NCBI RefSeq assembly: GCF_009914755.1 | Contig: NC_060940.1 | DNA from: the human T2T-CHM13v2.0 reference genome, Homo sapiens | Length of the DNA stretch: 64,000 nt | Strand: one strand, 5' to 3' | Notes under the pieces: model-generated | Databases searched by the model: none | What the model saw: only the letters and a program-made list of their open reading frames with translations | What the model was told of the DNA's origin: nothing | Made by a program: the position numbers and the translations under genes | Shown: piece after piece, positions 20,441 to 42,684 of the stretch | Layout: each line of letters begins with the position of its first letter | How positions within the stretch are numbered: the first letter of the stretch is position 1

Positions 20441-21973
20441 AAAAAAAAACCCAAAAATACAAACAAACAAAACCAACTCTTTTTACTTAAAAAAAGGGGC
20501 GGAAGTTTTTTGTTTGTTTTGTTTTTGTTTTGTTTTGAGACAGGGTTTCACTCTGTCGCCAAGGAGTGCAGTGGCACCATCTCAGCTCACTGAAACCTCC
20601 ACCTCCTGGGTTCAAACGAAAATATTTCTTTTCGTTTCTGTTTTTGTTGTTGTTGTTGTTGTTGTTATTGTTGTTGTTTTTGAGGCAGAGTTTCAGTCTT
20701 TTGCCCAGACTGGAGTGAAGTGGCGGGCGCAATCTCGGCTCACTGCAACCTCCACCCCCCTGGGTTCAAGCGATTCTCCTGCCTCAGCCTCCCGAGTAGC
20801 TGGGATTACAGGCACCCGCCACCACGCCCAGCTAATTTTTGTTATTTTTAGTAGAGACAGGGTTTTGCCATGTTGGCCAGGCTGGTCTCAAACTACTGAC
20901 TTCAGGTGGTCCACTCGCCTCACCCTCCCAAAGTGCTGGGATTACAGGCGTGAGCCACGGCGCCCGGGCAACTTTGTCCATTTTCGCCAGGAAGGCTGAA
21001 AGAGTTCTGAGGTGCTGCTTGATGCTGTAGTAAATCTCTTCTCTGTTTCTGTTTGGATGAAAGGAGTATATCTATATTCATGGCGCACTTAGAAAATGTA
21101 ATTTTCTCTTACAGGTAAACAAATGATGGAGGAGGGAAGCTTAAGGGACAGGAGATTATGTAGGTGATAGTTTCTGGGCCACTTCCTGTTTTAAGTACCT
21201 TTTTTATTCCCCGCTTTCCAATTTGTAAAACATTGATGTGCTCACTGACATTGGACAGGGCACTTAATCTCCCAAAACCTTCATTTGCTCATCTGCAAAC
21301 TCAAGGGTTTGAGTTAGACCGTGGCTTAGTGGTTTTCCAACTTCATTTTATTTTATTGAGACAGGGTCTCACTCCATCGGCCAGGCTGGAGTGCAATGGT
21401 GCGATCTCGTCTCGCTGCAACCTCTGCCCTCTGGGTTCAAGTGATTCTCCTGCTTCAGCCTCCTGAGTAGCTGGGATTACAGCACCCGCCACCACGCCCA
21501 GCTAATTTTTTTTGTTGTTGTTTTTTGAGATGGAGTTTTGCTCTTGTTGCCCAGGCTGTAGTGCAATGGCGCGATCTCAGCTCACCGCAACCTCCACCTC
21601 CTGCCTCAAGCAATTCTCCTGCCTCAGCCTCCGGAGTAGTTGGGATTACAGGCATGTGCCACCACATCCAGCTAGTTTTGTGTTTTTAGTAGACACGGGG
21701 TTTCTCCATGTTGGTCAGGCTGGTCTCCAACTCCCGACCTCGGGTGATCCCCTCGCCTTGGCCTCCCAAAGTGCTGGAATTACAAGACTGAGCCACCGCC
21801 CAGGGCCAAACCCAGGCATTTCTGACTCCAGTTGTGCCCTCATGTCTTAAGATGTAAAATCTTCCCGGAGGTAGCACCAGAAAGTTCAGGATGCAGAGAT
21901 AGCGTGGGGCCTCATGATCTTTTAAAAAATATATTGAGCATTTATTACATGCTGCACCCCGCACTTTAAATGA

Positions 21974-22183
<210 letters not shown>

Positions 22184-22417
22184 TAGAGACGGGGTTTCAC
22201 CGTGTTAGCCAGGTTGGTCTTAATCTCCTGACCTCGTGATCCGCCTGCCTCAGCCTCCCGAAGTGCTGGGATTACAGGCGTGAGTCACCGTGCCCGGCCC
22301 TCCTGCAACTTTAAATGACCATAAGGATGATTCATCTATCACCTGCTACCATCAGATAACTGATGGCAATAAATACCTGAGTTTGAAGATATAAATTTGA
22401 AAAGAGAGGAAATACTA

Positions 22418-23172
<755 letters not shown>

Positions 23173-23280
23173 TTCTGTTAGTCTAAAACTACCACTCTTG
23201 TTTATATGTTCTTTCTTCTAAAGAGTTTATTTTTATTTATTTATTTATTTAATTTGTGAGATGGAGTTTTGCTCTTGTGA

Positions 23281-23658
<378 letters not shown>

Positions 23659-23696
23659 TAATCCTATCACTTTGGGAGGCCGAGGCGGGCAGATCA

Positions 23697-24399
<703 letters not shown>

Positions 24400-24832
24400 T
24401 TATACATTTTTAAGTGCAATTAAACAAATTTAAAAACCTAGACTCATCCCTCTTAAAGGCCCTTAAACATCCCTAGAAGCCTCCTTCAGAATCTTGAAGT
24501 GTGAACTCTTGTTCTTGGTCTTCTAATTAATCCTGCCTTAGAGTCTCAAGGGCCATTCACAAGCAAGAAGCCTTTTATCATCTCTTGTAAAAAAGAACCT
24601 GCAAGAGCTGCTTCTCCTGCTGTATTTCCATTATATCAGTGCTGTTTTCTGAGTTTTTTTTTAATTGCAGTTGTGCAATATTTAAGTCACCTTATAGTTT
24701 AAATAAGTGTTTCCAGATTTGCCTTGGGAAATAAGCAGTTGATGCTGTCTCTGTGGGAAAAAAGCTCTGAGGTATACACTTTTGGAACACAACCTGCTGC
24801 CTACAAGTTAGGAATTGCCACGTTTGGTTTTA

Positions 24833-25604
<772 letters not shown>

Positions 25605-26098
25605 TAGTAGAGACGGGGTTTCACCGTGTTAGCCGGGATGGTCTCAGTCTCCCGTCCTCGTGATCCTCCCGCCTCGGCCTCCCAAAGTGTTGGGATTACA
25701 GGCGTGAGCCACCACACCTGGCCTTCTTTTATTTATTTATTTTTTTTGAGACAGAGTCTTGTCCTGTCGCTCAGGCTGGAGTGCAGTGGCGCAGTCTTGG
25801 CTCACTGCAGCCTCCACCTCCTGGGTTCAAGCAATTCTCCTGCTTAGCCTCCCGAGTAGCTGGGACTACAGGCACACACCACCATGCGCAGCTAATTTTT
25901 GTATTTTTAGTAGAGATGGGGTTTCACCACGTTGGCCAGGCTGGTCTCGAACTACTGACCTCAAGTGATCTGCCCGCCTTGGCCTCCCAAAGTGCTGGGA
26001 TTACAAACAAGAGCCACCATGCCCTGCTTCCCACAAGTTTCTGTGTTAAAATCCTGACACTCAAGATGATGGTTTTAGGAAGCTAGGTGTTTGGGAGG

Positions 26099-26460
26099 TG
26101 ATATGGTTTGGCTGTGTCCCCACCCAAATCTCATCTTGAATTGTAGCTCCCATAGTTCCCACGTGTTGTAGGAGAGACCCCTGGTGGGAGATAATTGAAT
26201 CATGGGGGTGGTTTCCCCCATACTGCTCTTGCGATAGTGAGTAAGTCTCGAGATTTGACGATTTTATAACGGGTTGCCCCTTTTGCTTGGCTCTCATTCT
26301 CTCTTGTCTGCCGCCATATAAGACAAGCTTTTGGCCTTCCGCCATGGTTGTGAGACCTCCCCAGCCAGGTGGAACTGTGAGTCCATTAAACCTCTTTTTC
26401 TTCATAAATTACCCAGTCTAAGGTATATCTTTATCAGCAGTGTGAAAATGGACTAATACA
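26099..26460 (+). mobile_element. THE1 (MaLR) solo LTR
   Basis: tgatatggtttggctgtgtccccacccaaatctc...aatggactaataca, with 5-bp TSD ggagg at 26094-26098 and 26461-26465. Confidence 0.9.
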
Positions 26461-26517
26461 GGAGGTGATTAGGTCACGAAGGCAGAGCCCTCATGAACAA
26501 GACTAGTGTCCTTATAA

Positions 26518-26949
<432 letters not shown>

Positions 26950-29039
26950 TGATCTGCCCGCCTCCCAAAGTGTTGGGATTACGGGTGTGAGCCACCGCAC
27001 TTGGCCACTATTTTTTTACAGCAGCATCCATGGACTGAAACAAGCATGTACCCCATGCCAGGTAGTATACATCTCAGCACTTCACAGGCAGAGCTCTAAT
27101 CTTCACACATGCTTGATGGGGAGGTATTATTATTCCCATTTTACAGATTAAAATGCCAAGCTTCAGAATGATTGTGTGTATTGCTAAAGACCTGGACCCG
27201 CCTTATCTTAGACTTTTCAGCAAATGTAGTTGTTCACTAAGCCTTATTATTTATTGTGGCATGTGACTTAGCTGTCTCATTTGCTAACTCAAAGGTACAA
27301 ACCCCTTCTCATTTTTTTTTCTGTCAACAACAGTTTCCAGCTTATAATGGGTACTCAAATATTTAGTGAAGGAATAAATGAGAGACACAGATATGACTAC
27401 ACACACACACACACAAAAATAACAGGCAACAAAGTGAGACTCCATCCTTCCAAAAAAATGTAAAAATAGCCAGGCATAGTGGCGTATGCCTGTAGTCTCA
27501 GCTACTCAGGAGGCTGAGGTGGGAGGACCACTTGAGCCCCAGAGACTGAAGCTATAGTGAGCTGTGATTGCACCACTGCGCTCCAGCCTGGGTGACAGAG
27601 AAAAGAGAGAGAGAGAGAGAAAAGCCAAAAGCCCCCAAGTGCATTGGAGGGGAAGAATTGGATCCTAAAAAAGTCCTGGGATATCATTTAATCTAGAAGT
27701 CATTACCTCGCTGGCTCTAGGGAAAACGATGGCCTCAGGAGTATTTTGTGTAATTTCCAAATTCTGCAAAATAAAGTTGTGTTAGTTCCTGGCATTTATA
27801 AATTGAGAAATTGCAAATGGAAATCCAGATTTTATTTTATTTATTTATTTATTTGCTTTACTTGAAATCTGGCAATTCTGGACCCACATTCCCAGAAGTT
27901 AACAAAGAAAGAGGGGCTGAGTAGGGGCCACGCTTAGTCCCGTTTAGGCTATTCCTTAGCTCCTGTAGGCATTGGAATTTGCGCCCTCGGGCATCAAATT
28001 TCCTTATTTTGGAAGTGAGAAAACAGAGACCCAGCATAGCAGAGTGACTTCCTCTAAGGGATCCAGGTATCCCAGCCCTAACCTCTTTCCATACCGCACT
28101 GCCCAGGATACAAAAGCATCCTAAAACTCCTGATTTGTCATGACTGCACATATGCGCACATATGTCAAAGCGAGTGTGGGTTTGGAGACTCTAGAGAAAT
28201 GAACCAGCCATAAATCATTTTCAAGCTAAGGAAAAAAGACTTAAATATATGAATGGGATTAGTACAAAAGGATCTTGTCAATTAAAAAATTCCAGGACAG
28301 GCTGGGCACGGTGGTTCGCGCCTGTAATCCCAGCACTTTGGGAGGCCAAGGCGGGCGGATCACAAGGTCAGGAGTTTGAGACCAGCCTGGCCGATATGGA
28401 GAAACCCTGTCTCTACTAAAAATACAAAAATTAGCTGGGCGTGGTGGTGGGCACCTGTAGTCCCAGCTACTTGGGAGCTGAGGCAGGAGAATCCATCATG
28501 CCACTGCACTCCAGTCTGGGCAAAAGAGGGAGACTCCGTCTCACGAAAAACAAACAAACAAACAACAAACAAACAAAAAAAACCCAAGGAAAATGACATT
28601 TCTGTTGCGTTTGGTCAGAAGGCCCATTGCAATCTGGGGTTCTTATTCTACCTGTTCAGGGAAATACGAAGTCCAGATGAATGTGTATTCCAATTCTGAC
28701 TCAGGCTTGGTTTCACTTTCTAAATTGCTCAGCAGGAATCTGATAAGATGCTGAGAAAAGAGTAAAAAGAAAAAATTGGAGGGTGGGGCGGGGAGAGCCA
28801 GAAATAGCTGGTTTAGGGGAGGCCTCCTGGGATTACCATGAACCAATGCAGTAATTAATAATATGAGGAACAGAATCTATCCGAATGTTAATTAAAGTGT
28901 TTCCTCCTCCCTTACTCACTCTCTCTAGGGCCCCCTGGAGGTGCTCATTGAATTTACTTTTCCCAGGCCATTCTCCGCTCCCCTAGACAGATCATCTGAG
29001 GTGGGGTGCGGGGGTTGGGCGGGAAAACAGTCTCTGTTA

Positions 29040-29198
<159 letters not shown>

Positions 29199-29929
29199 TT
29201 AGCCAGGTGTGGTGGTGGGCACCTGTAATCCCAGCTATTCAGGAGGCAGGAGAATCACCTGAACCCAGGAGGTGGAGATTGCAGTGAGCCAAGATCGTGC
29301 CACTGCACTCCAGCCTGGGTGACAGAGCACGACTTCATCTCAAAAAAAGAAAAAGAAAAAAGAAAATAAAGCAACAACCTCTGGATCATTGATCTGTAAG
29401 TCAGACAGTTTCAGACACACATCTCAGATTGAGTTTTTGTATTCCAGGACAGGGCACCTCACATTTTAATGTGCTTAGGAGAGTCACAGGGCCAGCCAGG
29501 GTGGCTCATGCCTGTAATCTGAGCACTCTAGGAGGCTGAGGCGGGAGAATCACTTGAGCTCAGGAGTTAGAGACCAGCCTGGGTAACATATCAATACCTT
29601 GTCTCTATTAAAAATAATAATAAGGCCGGGCACAGTGGCTCACGCCTGTAATCCCAGCACTTTGAGAGGCTGAGGTGGGTGGATCACAAGGTCAGGAGTT
29701 CAAGACCAGCCTGGCCAAGATGGTGAAACCCCATCTCTACTAAAAATACAAAAAAATTAGCTGGTTATGGTGGCGGACACCTGTAATCCCAGCTACTCGG
29801 GAGGCTGAGGCAGAGAATTGCTTGAACCAGGAGGCGGAGGTTGCGGTGAGCCGAGATCATGCCATTGCACTCCAGCCTGGGTGACAGAGCAAGACTTTGT
29901 CTCAAAAAAAAAAAAAAAAAAAAAAGGAG

Positions 29930-31200
<1,271 letters not shown>

Positions 31201-31368
31201 GGCTTAGGCTATAATGCAGTGGTGCCATTATAGCTCACTGTAGCCTTGAACTCCTGGGTTCCAGTGATCCTCCTGCCTCAGCCTCCCAAAGTAGCCGAGA
31301 CCACGGGCACATGCCACCATGCTAAGTTTTTATTTTTATATTTTTATTTTTTAGAAACCAGGTTTTGC

Positions 31369-31703
<335 letters not shown>

Positions 31704-31819
31704 AACCAGGTTTTGCTGTGTTGCCCGGGCTGGTCTCCAACTCTTGGCTTCAAGCGATCCTCCTGCCTCCCAAACTGCTGGGATTACAGGCATGAGCCAA
31801 TTTTTTTTTTTTTTTTTTA

Positions 31820-32271
<452 letters not shown>

Positions 32272-33141
32272 TCAAAATGGGAGAACAATTATTATTATTA
32301 TTATTATTATTTTGGCAGGGAGGACAGGTTCTCACTCTGTTGCCCAGGTTGAGAGTATTATAGTTCACTGCAACCTGGAACTCCTAGGCTCAAGGGATCC
32401 TCCTCCCACCTCAGCCTGCTGAGTATCTGGGACTACAGTTGCACACAACCTCACCCTGCTCTTTTGTTTTTCTCATTCCTTCTTTCTTTCTTCCTTTTTT
32501 TTTTTTTTTTGTGACAGGGTCTTTCTCTGTCACCTAGGCTGGAGTGCAGTGGCGTGATCTCGGCTCACGCAACCTCTGCCTCCCAGATTCAAGCGATTCT
32601 CCTGCCTCCACCTCCCGAGTAGCTGGGACCACAGGTGTACATCACCATGCCCGGATAATTTTTTTTTGTGTATTTTTAGTAGAGACAGGATTTCACCTTG
32701 TTGGCAAGGCTGGTCTCAAATTCCTGAACTCAGGTGATTTGCCCACCTTGGTTTCCCAAAGTACTGGGATTACAGGCATGAACCACCACACCCAGTTTTG
32801 CCCTGCTAATTTAAAAAATGTTTTTGTAGAGATGGGGCCTCACTATGTTGCTCAGGCTGGTCTTGAACACATAGGCCTCAAGCAATCCTTCCACCTCAGC
32901 CTCCCAAAGTGTTGGGATTACAGGCATGAGCACACAGTGCCTAGCCTATTATTATTATTTTTATTGAGCAGACTCCTGAACCAGAATAGGTTCAGAGAGA
33001 CTTTTTAATTTTTTTAACTGTATGATATCTCTCAGTTATGGCAGTGTAACTTTTGCCACTGAATTTCCAAAGTATACCTTTTTTTTTTAACTGTGCTTCA
33101 AATAAATAGAAAAATAGTTATAGGCTGGGTGCAGTGGCTCA

Positions 33142-33462
<321 letters not shown>

Positions 33463-34419
33463 TCAGCACTTTGGGAGGCCGAGGCAGGTGGATTACAAGG
33501 TCAAGAGATCGAGACCATCCTGGCCAACATGGTGAAACCTTCTCTCTACTAAAAAAATACAAAAAATTAGCTGAGTGTGGTGGTGCGTGCCTTGTAGTCC
33601 TAGCTACTCGGGAAGCTGATACAGCAGAATCGCCTGGACCCAGGAGGCAGAGATTACATTGAGCTGAGATTGCACCACTGCATTCCAGCCTGGCGACAGA
33701 GCGAGACTCTGTCTCAAAAATAAATAAATAAATAAAATACAAATAAAAAAATAAAAAAAGAGACCTTGTCTCAAAAAAAGAAAAAGAGAAAGAAAAAGAA
33801 AAACTTAAAAAAGAAACACAATTATATAGATGAAAAAAAAGAACCACTTCCTGTGGGCTGATGAAGAGGTGAGGGACCTCATAGACAGCAGCTGTGTTAC
33901 CAAAGGGAAGACCAAGGGGAGGCCACTGATCTTCACTTAAGAAAGTATAAATTGTCAGTGTCCAGACGCTGCATTGGCCATCCTTCTCTTGCCACCTGGG
34001 GAGAAGTGTCTACCAACTGTAGCCAGCCTGTGGTCCTCTATTTATGCCACAGGACTTGCCAGCTCTCCAATCTATCCACTCCACGTGGACAACTGCCTCC
34101 GCCATAGTTCAGGACAACTGCCACCTCTCTAGAGCAGAGGGTGATGGGGCTTGTCCTCAGAGGGTGGTGCTGATGGGAGGGTAAACTCCTGTGCCTGGGC
34201 ATGCTGCAGATTTCCTAAGTTAGAACAGTGGTAGAACATCACCTTTATGTCAGTAAAATCCCATGACTCCTTTACAGTATCATGGCTTAACCACCTTAGT
34301 TTTTATCCCAAGGGTAGAAGAACTGAGCTATAGCTATAGAGACACCAAGATATGGTCCAAGGAGTAAGAATTTTCTTATGAGGGCATGGTGGCTCACACC
34401 TATAATCCTAGCATTTTGC

Positions 34420-34770
<351 letters not shown>

Positions 34771-35062
34771 CTAGGATTTTGAGACCAACCTGGGCAACAT
34801 AGCAAGACCTCATCTCTACAAAAAAAATTTTTAAAAATTAGACGGGCATGGTGGTATGCACCTGTAGTCCCAGCTACTCAGGAGGCTGAGGCAGGAGGAT
34901 TGCTTGAGCCCAAGAGTTCAAGGCTGCAATGAGCTATGATTGGGCCACTGTACTCCAGTCTCTACAACAGACTGAGACCTTGTTTTGTTTTGTTTTTTTT
35001 AAGTGCCACTTAACTCAGGCTACTGGTTATGAAAATGCCCCTGAAAGAAATTAAATAGGTAA

Positions 35063-35300
<238 letters not shown>

Positions 35301-35886
35301 TAGAAAATAAATATTTAAAAACAGCTTCTGGGCCTTACCTCTGCTTCGTCTTGAAGCTTATTTGTAAATCAGCATGCTTTTTTCTTTTCTCCTTTTAAAT
35401 TAACTAATTAATTAATTAATTGTTTTGAAACAGAGTTTTGCTCTTGTCTCCCAGGCTGGAGTGCAATGGTGCAATCTTGGCTGACTGCAATCTCCACCTC
35501 CTGAGTTTTAAGTGATTCTCCCGCCTCAGCCTCCCGAGTAGCTGCGATTACAGGCACCCACCACCACGCCCAGCTAATTTTTATATTTTCAGTAGAGATG
35601 GGGGTTTCTCCATTTTGGCCAGGCTGGTCTCGAACTCCTGACCTCAGGTGATCCACCTGCCTCGGCCTCCCAAAGTGCTGGATCACAGGCATGAGCCACT
35701 GTGCCTGGCCATCTTTTCTCCCTTTCTAAATGCAAAATGTGAAGTAAAAACTGGAGAAAACATTACGCTGATTCAGAAATAACTTTTTGGAGCAACAAGC
35801 TTGGTCTCTTTAGGGACATTCCTGACATTGAACATTCTCCCATCTGGCTCCCATAAGAATATATATATATATATATATATTTTTAA

Positions 35887-36304
<418 letters not shown>

Positions 36305-36951
36305 TGAGCTCCTGACCTTGGGTGATCCCAAGGTCCCGCCTTGGCCTCCCAAAGTGCTGGGATTACAGGCCTGAGGCACTGCGCCCCCGCAGCTACCATT
36401 TATTAAGCACCTGCTATAGGTCAGGCATTCCACAAACCTCTTTGTGTTCATTAACTCATGTATTGCAGTAGGAAGCTCTGTTATCATTGGGATTATGGCT
36501 TGTCTGGAATATTTTCTTAGAGTTTGCAAAAATATTTTCTAAAGCAAAACAGTCTATTCAGATAAAGCATTCCCACAGAGAAAATTATGCAGATATTAAA
36601 GAATCCTGTAGGGCTGAGAGTGTATGCAGGTCATTAAGCCTTAAAAACTTTCTGGACCTCTTAGGCTGGCCATTAAAACTCCTGGTGAGAGCTGGTTATT
36701 TAATTAGGCTACAAACAAAATTTCAGCAATTGCTTCTAAATGGTTTTTCCAGCCCTGGAGGGAACCCAGGCAGGATTGGTGTGTGGTAAGGCTAATTTTT
36801 GCCTCCTGGCAGTTTTTAAATATTGCTTTCTTTTGTTTTGTTACATGTAGACCATAAATTATATAGCAAAACACCACCATATATTAGGCAAGGGACCAAT
36901 TTTGTTTTCTCTCTAAAATACATGTCAAACATTGGCCTTCAAAATGACTAG

Positions 36952-37251
<300 letters not shown>

Positions 37252-37989
37252 TAGGTGCGTGCCACCATGTCTGGCTAATTTTTGTATTTTTAGTAGAGAT
37301 GGGGTTTCACCATGTCGGCCAGGCTGGTCTCAAACTCCTGACCTCAGGTGATCCACCTGCCTCGGCCTCCCAAAATGTTGGGATTACAGGAATGAGCCAC
37401 CATGGCCGATCCTAGCTAATTTTTTAGGAAACTTTTTTGTAGAGATGGGGTTTCGCCATGTTGCCCAGGCTGGTCTCAAACTCCTGAGATCAAGTGATAC
37501 CATTTGCCTTGGCCTCTAAAAGTGATGGGATTACAGGCGTGAGCCACTGCGTCAGGCTGCTTTGCTCATTTAATAAATATGTTTTAAGGTACCTACTATA
37601 TGCAATGGTGAATAAAATAGACATACTCCTTACCCTCAAGGAGCTTCAGAGCTGGCACAAAAAGAGATAACTGCAAGTAAGTCAATGTATAACCCAAAGC
37701 TGTGTTATGAACTTGTCTCTGTGTTGCATATGTACAATCCCAATTGTGTATGTGAGAGAAAATATCTAGGGTATCATTTATAGTGGAAGTCCAAGGAAAA
37801 TGACATTAGCTGGGTCTTAGGGGATGAGGAAGAAGGGGCTAGATGGAGATTTGGTGAGGGGGAAAAGATTATCAGCTATTATAGAAGCAAAGGTCCCTCA
37901 GCCAGGTGTGGTGGCTCACACCTGTAATCCCAGCACTTTGGGAGGCTGAGGTGGGTGGATCACGAGGTCAGGAGTTCAAGACCAGCCTA

Positions 37990-38163
<174 letters not shown>

Positions 38164-38186
38164 TTACAGAGTGAGACTCCATCTCA

Positions 38187-38591
<405 letters not shown>

Positions 38592-38681
38592 TTACACACA
38601 GCGGACCCTTGAACAACACGGCTTTGAACTGAGCAGGTGTCCACTTCTATGTGGATTTGCTTCCACCTCTGCTACCCCTAA

Positions 38682-39421
38682 TGAAGCAGCCTTAATGTCT
38701 GGGGTGACACCCAAGGTTCTTGGTCTCATGGCCATAGAGATCAAGGACTTGAACACATACAAAAGGTGAGGTTTAGAGTAGAAATTTAATAGGTGAAAGA
38801 AAGAGAATAGCTCCCTGCTACAGAGAGGGGTCCTGGAAAAATGGGTTGCTGAAGCTCAGTGAATCGCAAGGGTTTTTACAGATGAGCTAGTGGGAGGCGG
38901 TATTTGATCTACACAGGGCACGGAAAACTGGTTAGGACCAGGTGTGCCGTATGCATAGGGCTTGAATCTCTGGCAGCCCCCACTTCAGTTGTTTATTATG
39001 CAGGTGTATCCTCTGCCTGAGCTACTCCATGTTGCTTATTTCTTTCACACTGCGCATGTGCTAACAAAAAAGGGAAGGTGGAGCCTCCATGGTGGACCTG
39101 CCTGGCCGCAGGTCGTCTTTTCTATCCATGCAGCTGCCCCCACGGTGGACCTGCCTGGCCCCGGGTCGTCCTTTCTATCCATGCAGCTGCCCCCACGGTG
39201 GACCTGCCTGGCCCCGGGTCGTCCTTTCTATCCATGCAGCTGCCGGCATTCCCCCGTGCAAGCTTCCAGTTTCCTTATCTATGTTTGCAGCCTGATCTTT
39301 CAGGCTGCTCCTTTTTAGAAAGTGATTTCTTGGGCTTTTTTTTTGTTAGAAGGGAAGTTCTACTGAGGACTCTCTTGCCGTCATTGTCTGCCTAAATAAT
39401 TTCTTTCTATCTCCTGTATCA
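38682..39421 (-). mobile_element. ERV1 solo LTR (MER61/MER50-like)
   Basis: The minus strand begins tgatacaggagatagaaagaaattatttaggcag and ends ...ggctgcttca, with 4-bp TSD ctaa at 38678-38681 and 39422-39425. Confidence 0.8.
39088..39244. repeat. 53-bp tandem repeat, ~3 copies, inside the LTR
   Basis: Unit starts (ggtggacctgcctggcc) at 39091, 39144 and 39197. Copies 2 and 3 are identical over their shared length. Confidence 0.95.
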
Positions 39422-39478
39422 CTAAGACAGCGAGACCATCCCCTCCTCTTCCACCTCCTCTCAGCCTCCTCAATGTGA

Positions 39479-39640
<162 letters not shown>

Positions 39641-40015
39641 TAGTGAGCTGAGATCACACCACTGCACTCCAGCCTGGGCAATAGAGTGAGACTCAGTCTC
39701 AAAAACAAACAAACAAAACAAAACAAAGCATGCATTAATTGGCTTTAGGTTATCAGTAAGGCTTCTGGTCAATAGTAGTCTATTAGTAGTTAAGTTATGG
39801 GGGAGTCAAAAGTTATATGGGAGGCTGGGCATGGTGGCTCACCCCTGCAATCACAGATTTTGGGAGGCTGAGGTGGGAGGATTACTTGAGCCCAAGAGGT
39901 TGAGGCCATGGTGTGCTGTGATTGTGCCAATGCACTCCAGCCTTGTTGACAGGGTAAAATTCTCTCTTTCTCTCTCTCAAAAAATAAAAAAGTTTTGGCC
40001 AGGCACGGTGGCTCA

Positions 40016-40422
<407 letters not shown>

Positions 40423-41161
40423 CTAGCTTGAAATTATGTCTTCAGGGATTCTAGCCACAGTTAGACTTGGCTGAAAGAGGCAGGTGCAAGTGAGCAGCAG
40501 CCATCCCCCAAGGCCACTGTGGTTAGATGTGGCAATAGACACAGATACCTGTGGGCTCCAGTTTGTCCTTGCTGTCCTCTGCATCTAGCTCTTCTCCTGA
40601 CTTCTGACCCTGATGACCAACACAGCCCCAGGCCCACCACCAGGTGCTTGGTGGTAGTAGCTACATACAGGCACAGCTTACCATAGAGCGTTCCCTTGGC
40701 CATCCTCTTTCAGTGACTAAATGTGCCTGGCTACTCAGATGGACTGGCCAGTACCTCCTCTGAGCCTCCAACTTTCCTCCTAGTCTGTCCCTTCCCCAGC
40801 TTCTCCTATGATTCTGTAAGGTCTAATTCCTAGAGTAACTCTCTTATCCCATAGCTCATAGTGTTTCTGCATTGAGCCCTGACTGCTGCAATGAACCAGG
40901 CTACGCAGACCATGGTGAAGGCCAAGAGAAGCTACTGAAGGTCTCTGAGTTAGGTAGTTGGCTTATATCTGTGGGTGCGGCTCCCTTAACTATAGCCAGG
41001 TTCAAGATTCTGAACAGAATAGTGTGCTGTGTGGAAAAAATTGCTGTTGGACTGTTTTCCAAATCCCCACAGCTGGTTCCTGCTGTGTTCCCATCTTGTG
41101 GGCAAGTAGTTATTAGGATCTTGTCTCAGTCCAGACAAGAGGAAGTGTTTGTGTTGTCATC

Positions 41162-42161
41162 TGAGAGCCCAAAACAGACTCCTCTTGATTAAGATGGACC
41201 CTGCCGGGTGCAGTGGCTCACGCCTGTAATCCCAGCACTTTAGGAGGCGAGGCGGGCAGATCCCGAGGTCAGGAGTTTGAGACCAGCCTGACCAACATGG
41301 GGAAAACCCGTCCCTACTAAAAATACAAAAATTAGCTGGGCATGGTGGGGCGTGCCTGTAATCCCAGCTACAGGAGGCTGAAGCAGGAGAATGGCATGTG
41401 GCGTGAATTCAGGAGGTGGAGGTTGCAGTGAGCTGAGATTGTGCCACTGCACTCCAGCCTGGGTGACAGAGCAAGACTCCATCTAAGAAAAAAAAAAAAA
41501 AGATGGACTTTAAGGTTAAGGAAACAAAAATTACCTACAGGTCACGGGTTTAGGTATTGGCTGGCATGAATTCCTTCCTAAATTCCTAAATTCCTATGGC
41601 TGCAAGAATAACTACACTCTTGCTAAGCTCCCTCACAATAGGAGATGTCAAGGCAAATTATCATACCCCTCCTAACTTTGATTTATACCCAGACTGCTAC
41701 AACTCTGATTGGACAGAGGACTGACCTTATAGACATTGTCTTCTGATGAGCAACTGCAGACCTTAAGCAGTTTCAGCCGGCTTATAGAGACTGCACACAA
41801 ACTGTCTTTGTGTCCTATAGCTCACCTTTTGACACAGAGAGCCAAATTCCACCTCATTTTATTGCTAAAACCCCACCCCAATGTGAACATGGGATGTATG
41901 TTACACATATGTTTACCCATTGTGCATGTACTTAATTCCCCTCATAAATATGCGTAGTCTTTTCCCCAAACCTGCTGAATATGTATGATTCCATTGTGTA
42001 ATACAGGCCCTGTAAGGCATAAAACCCAGCCTGCCCTTTCTCCCGTCAAAGAGAGAGCAGCTTCCACACATTCAGGAGACTGTCTCTTCCTGGTTTGTGA
42101 ACTGATGTCACCAAATACAACTCTCTTGTTACTTAGTCATCTTGGTGGTCTTTGGATGACA
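41162..42161 (+). mobile_element. ERV1 (MER4-group, LTR54-like) solo LTR with an inserted Alu
   Basis: TG...CA ends, with aagatggac duplicated around the Alu (~41203-41500). Subfamily uncertain. Confidence 0.6.
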
Positions 42162-42465
42162 GTATCTAACACTTAGAAGGGTTCATGAACAAGAGAACAA
42201 ACTCCAGTCTTTTGTGGCTATTTATAGTCAACAGCTCAGCTTTGTGGCAGGCACAGGAACAGATTAAGTGAGTTGACTTTCAGACTGAGAGCAGCTCAAA
42301 ATCTACCATCCATCAGGAAGTGTGTGCAGTAATCCAGGGATAAATACATGTAATTTGCCAAAAGAGGCAGTGGGTGCTATACTTGGAATCAATGTGAAGG
42401 TTTTAGAAATATACAGATGCTTGAATTCTGCTGCAACTCATTTAAATCTGGATTTCTGAGGGTGA

Positions 42466-42684
<219 letters not shown>

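Noticed and set aside
20333-20593. 86-aa ORF with a protein-like N-terminus
   Set aside because: A degenerate L1 ORF2 fragment running into an Alu.
38962-39395. ORFs with internal peptide repeats, and the 53-bp repeat as a CRISPR-like array
   Set aside because: These are products of a spacer-less tandem repeat within an LTR in human DNA, with no unique spacers or cas genes.
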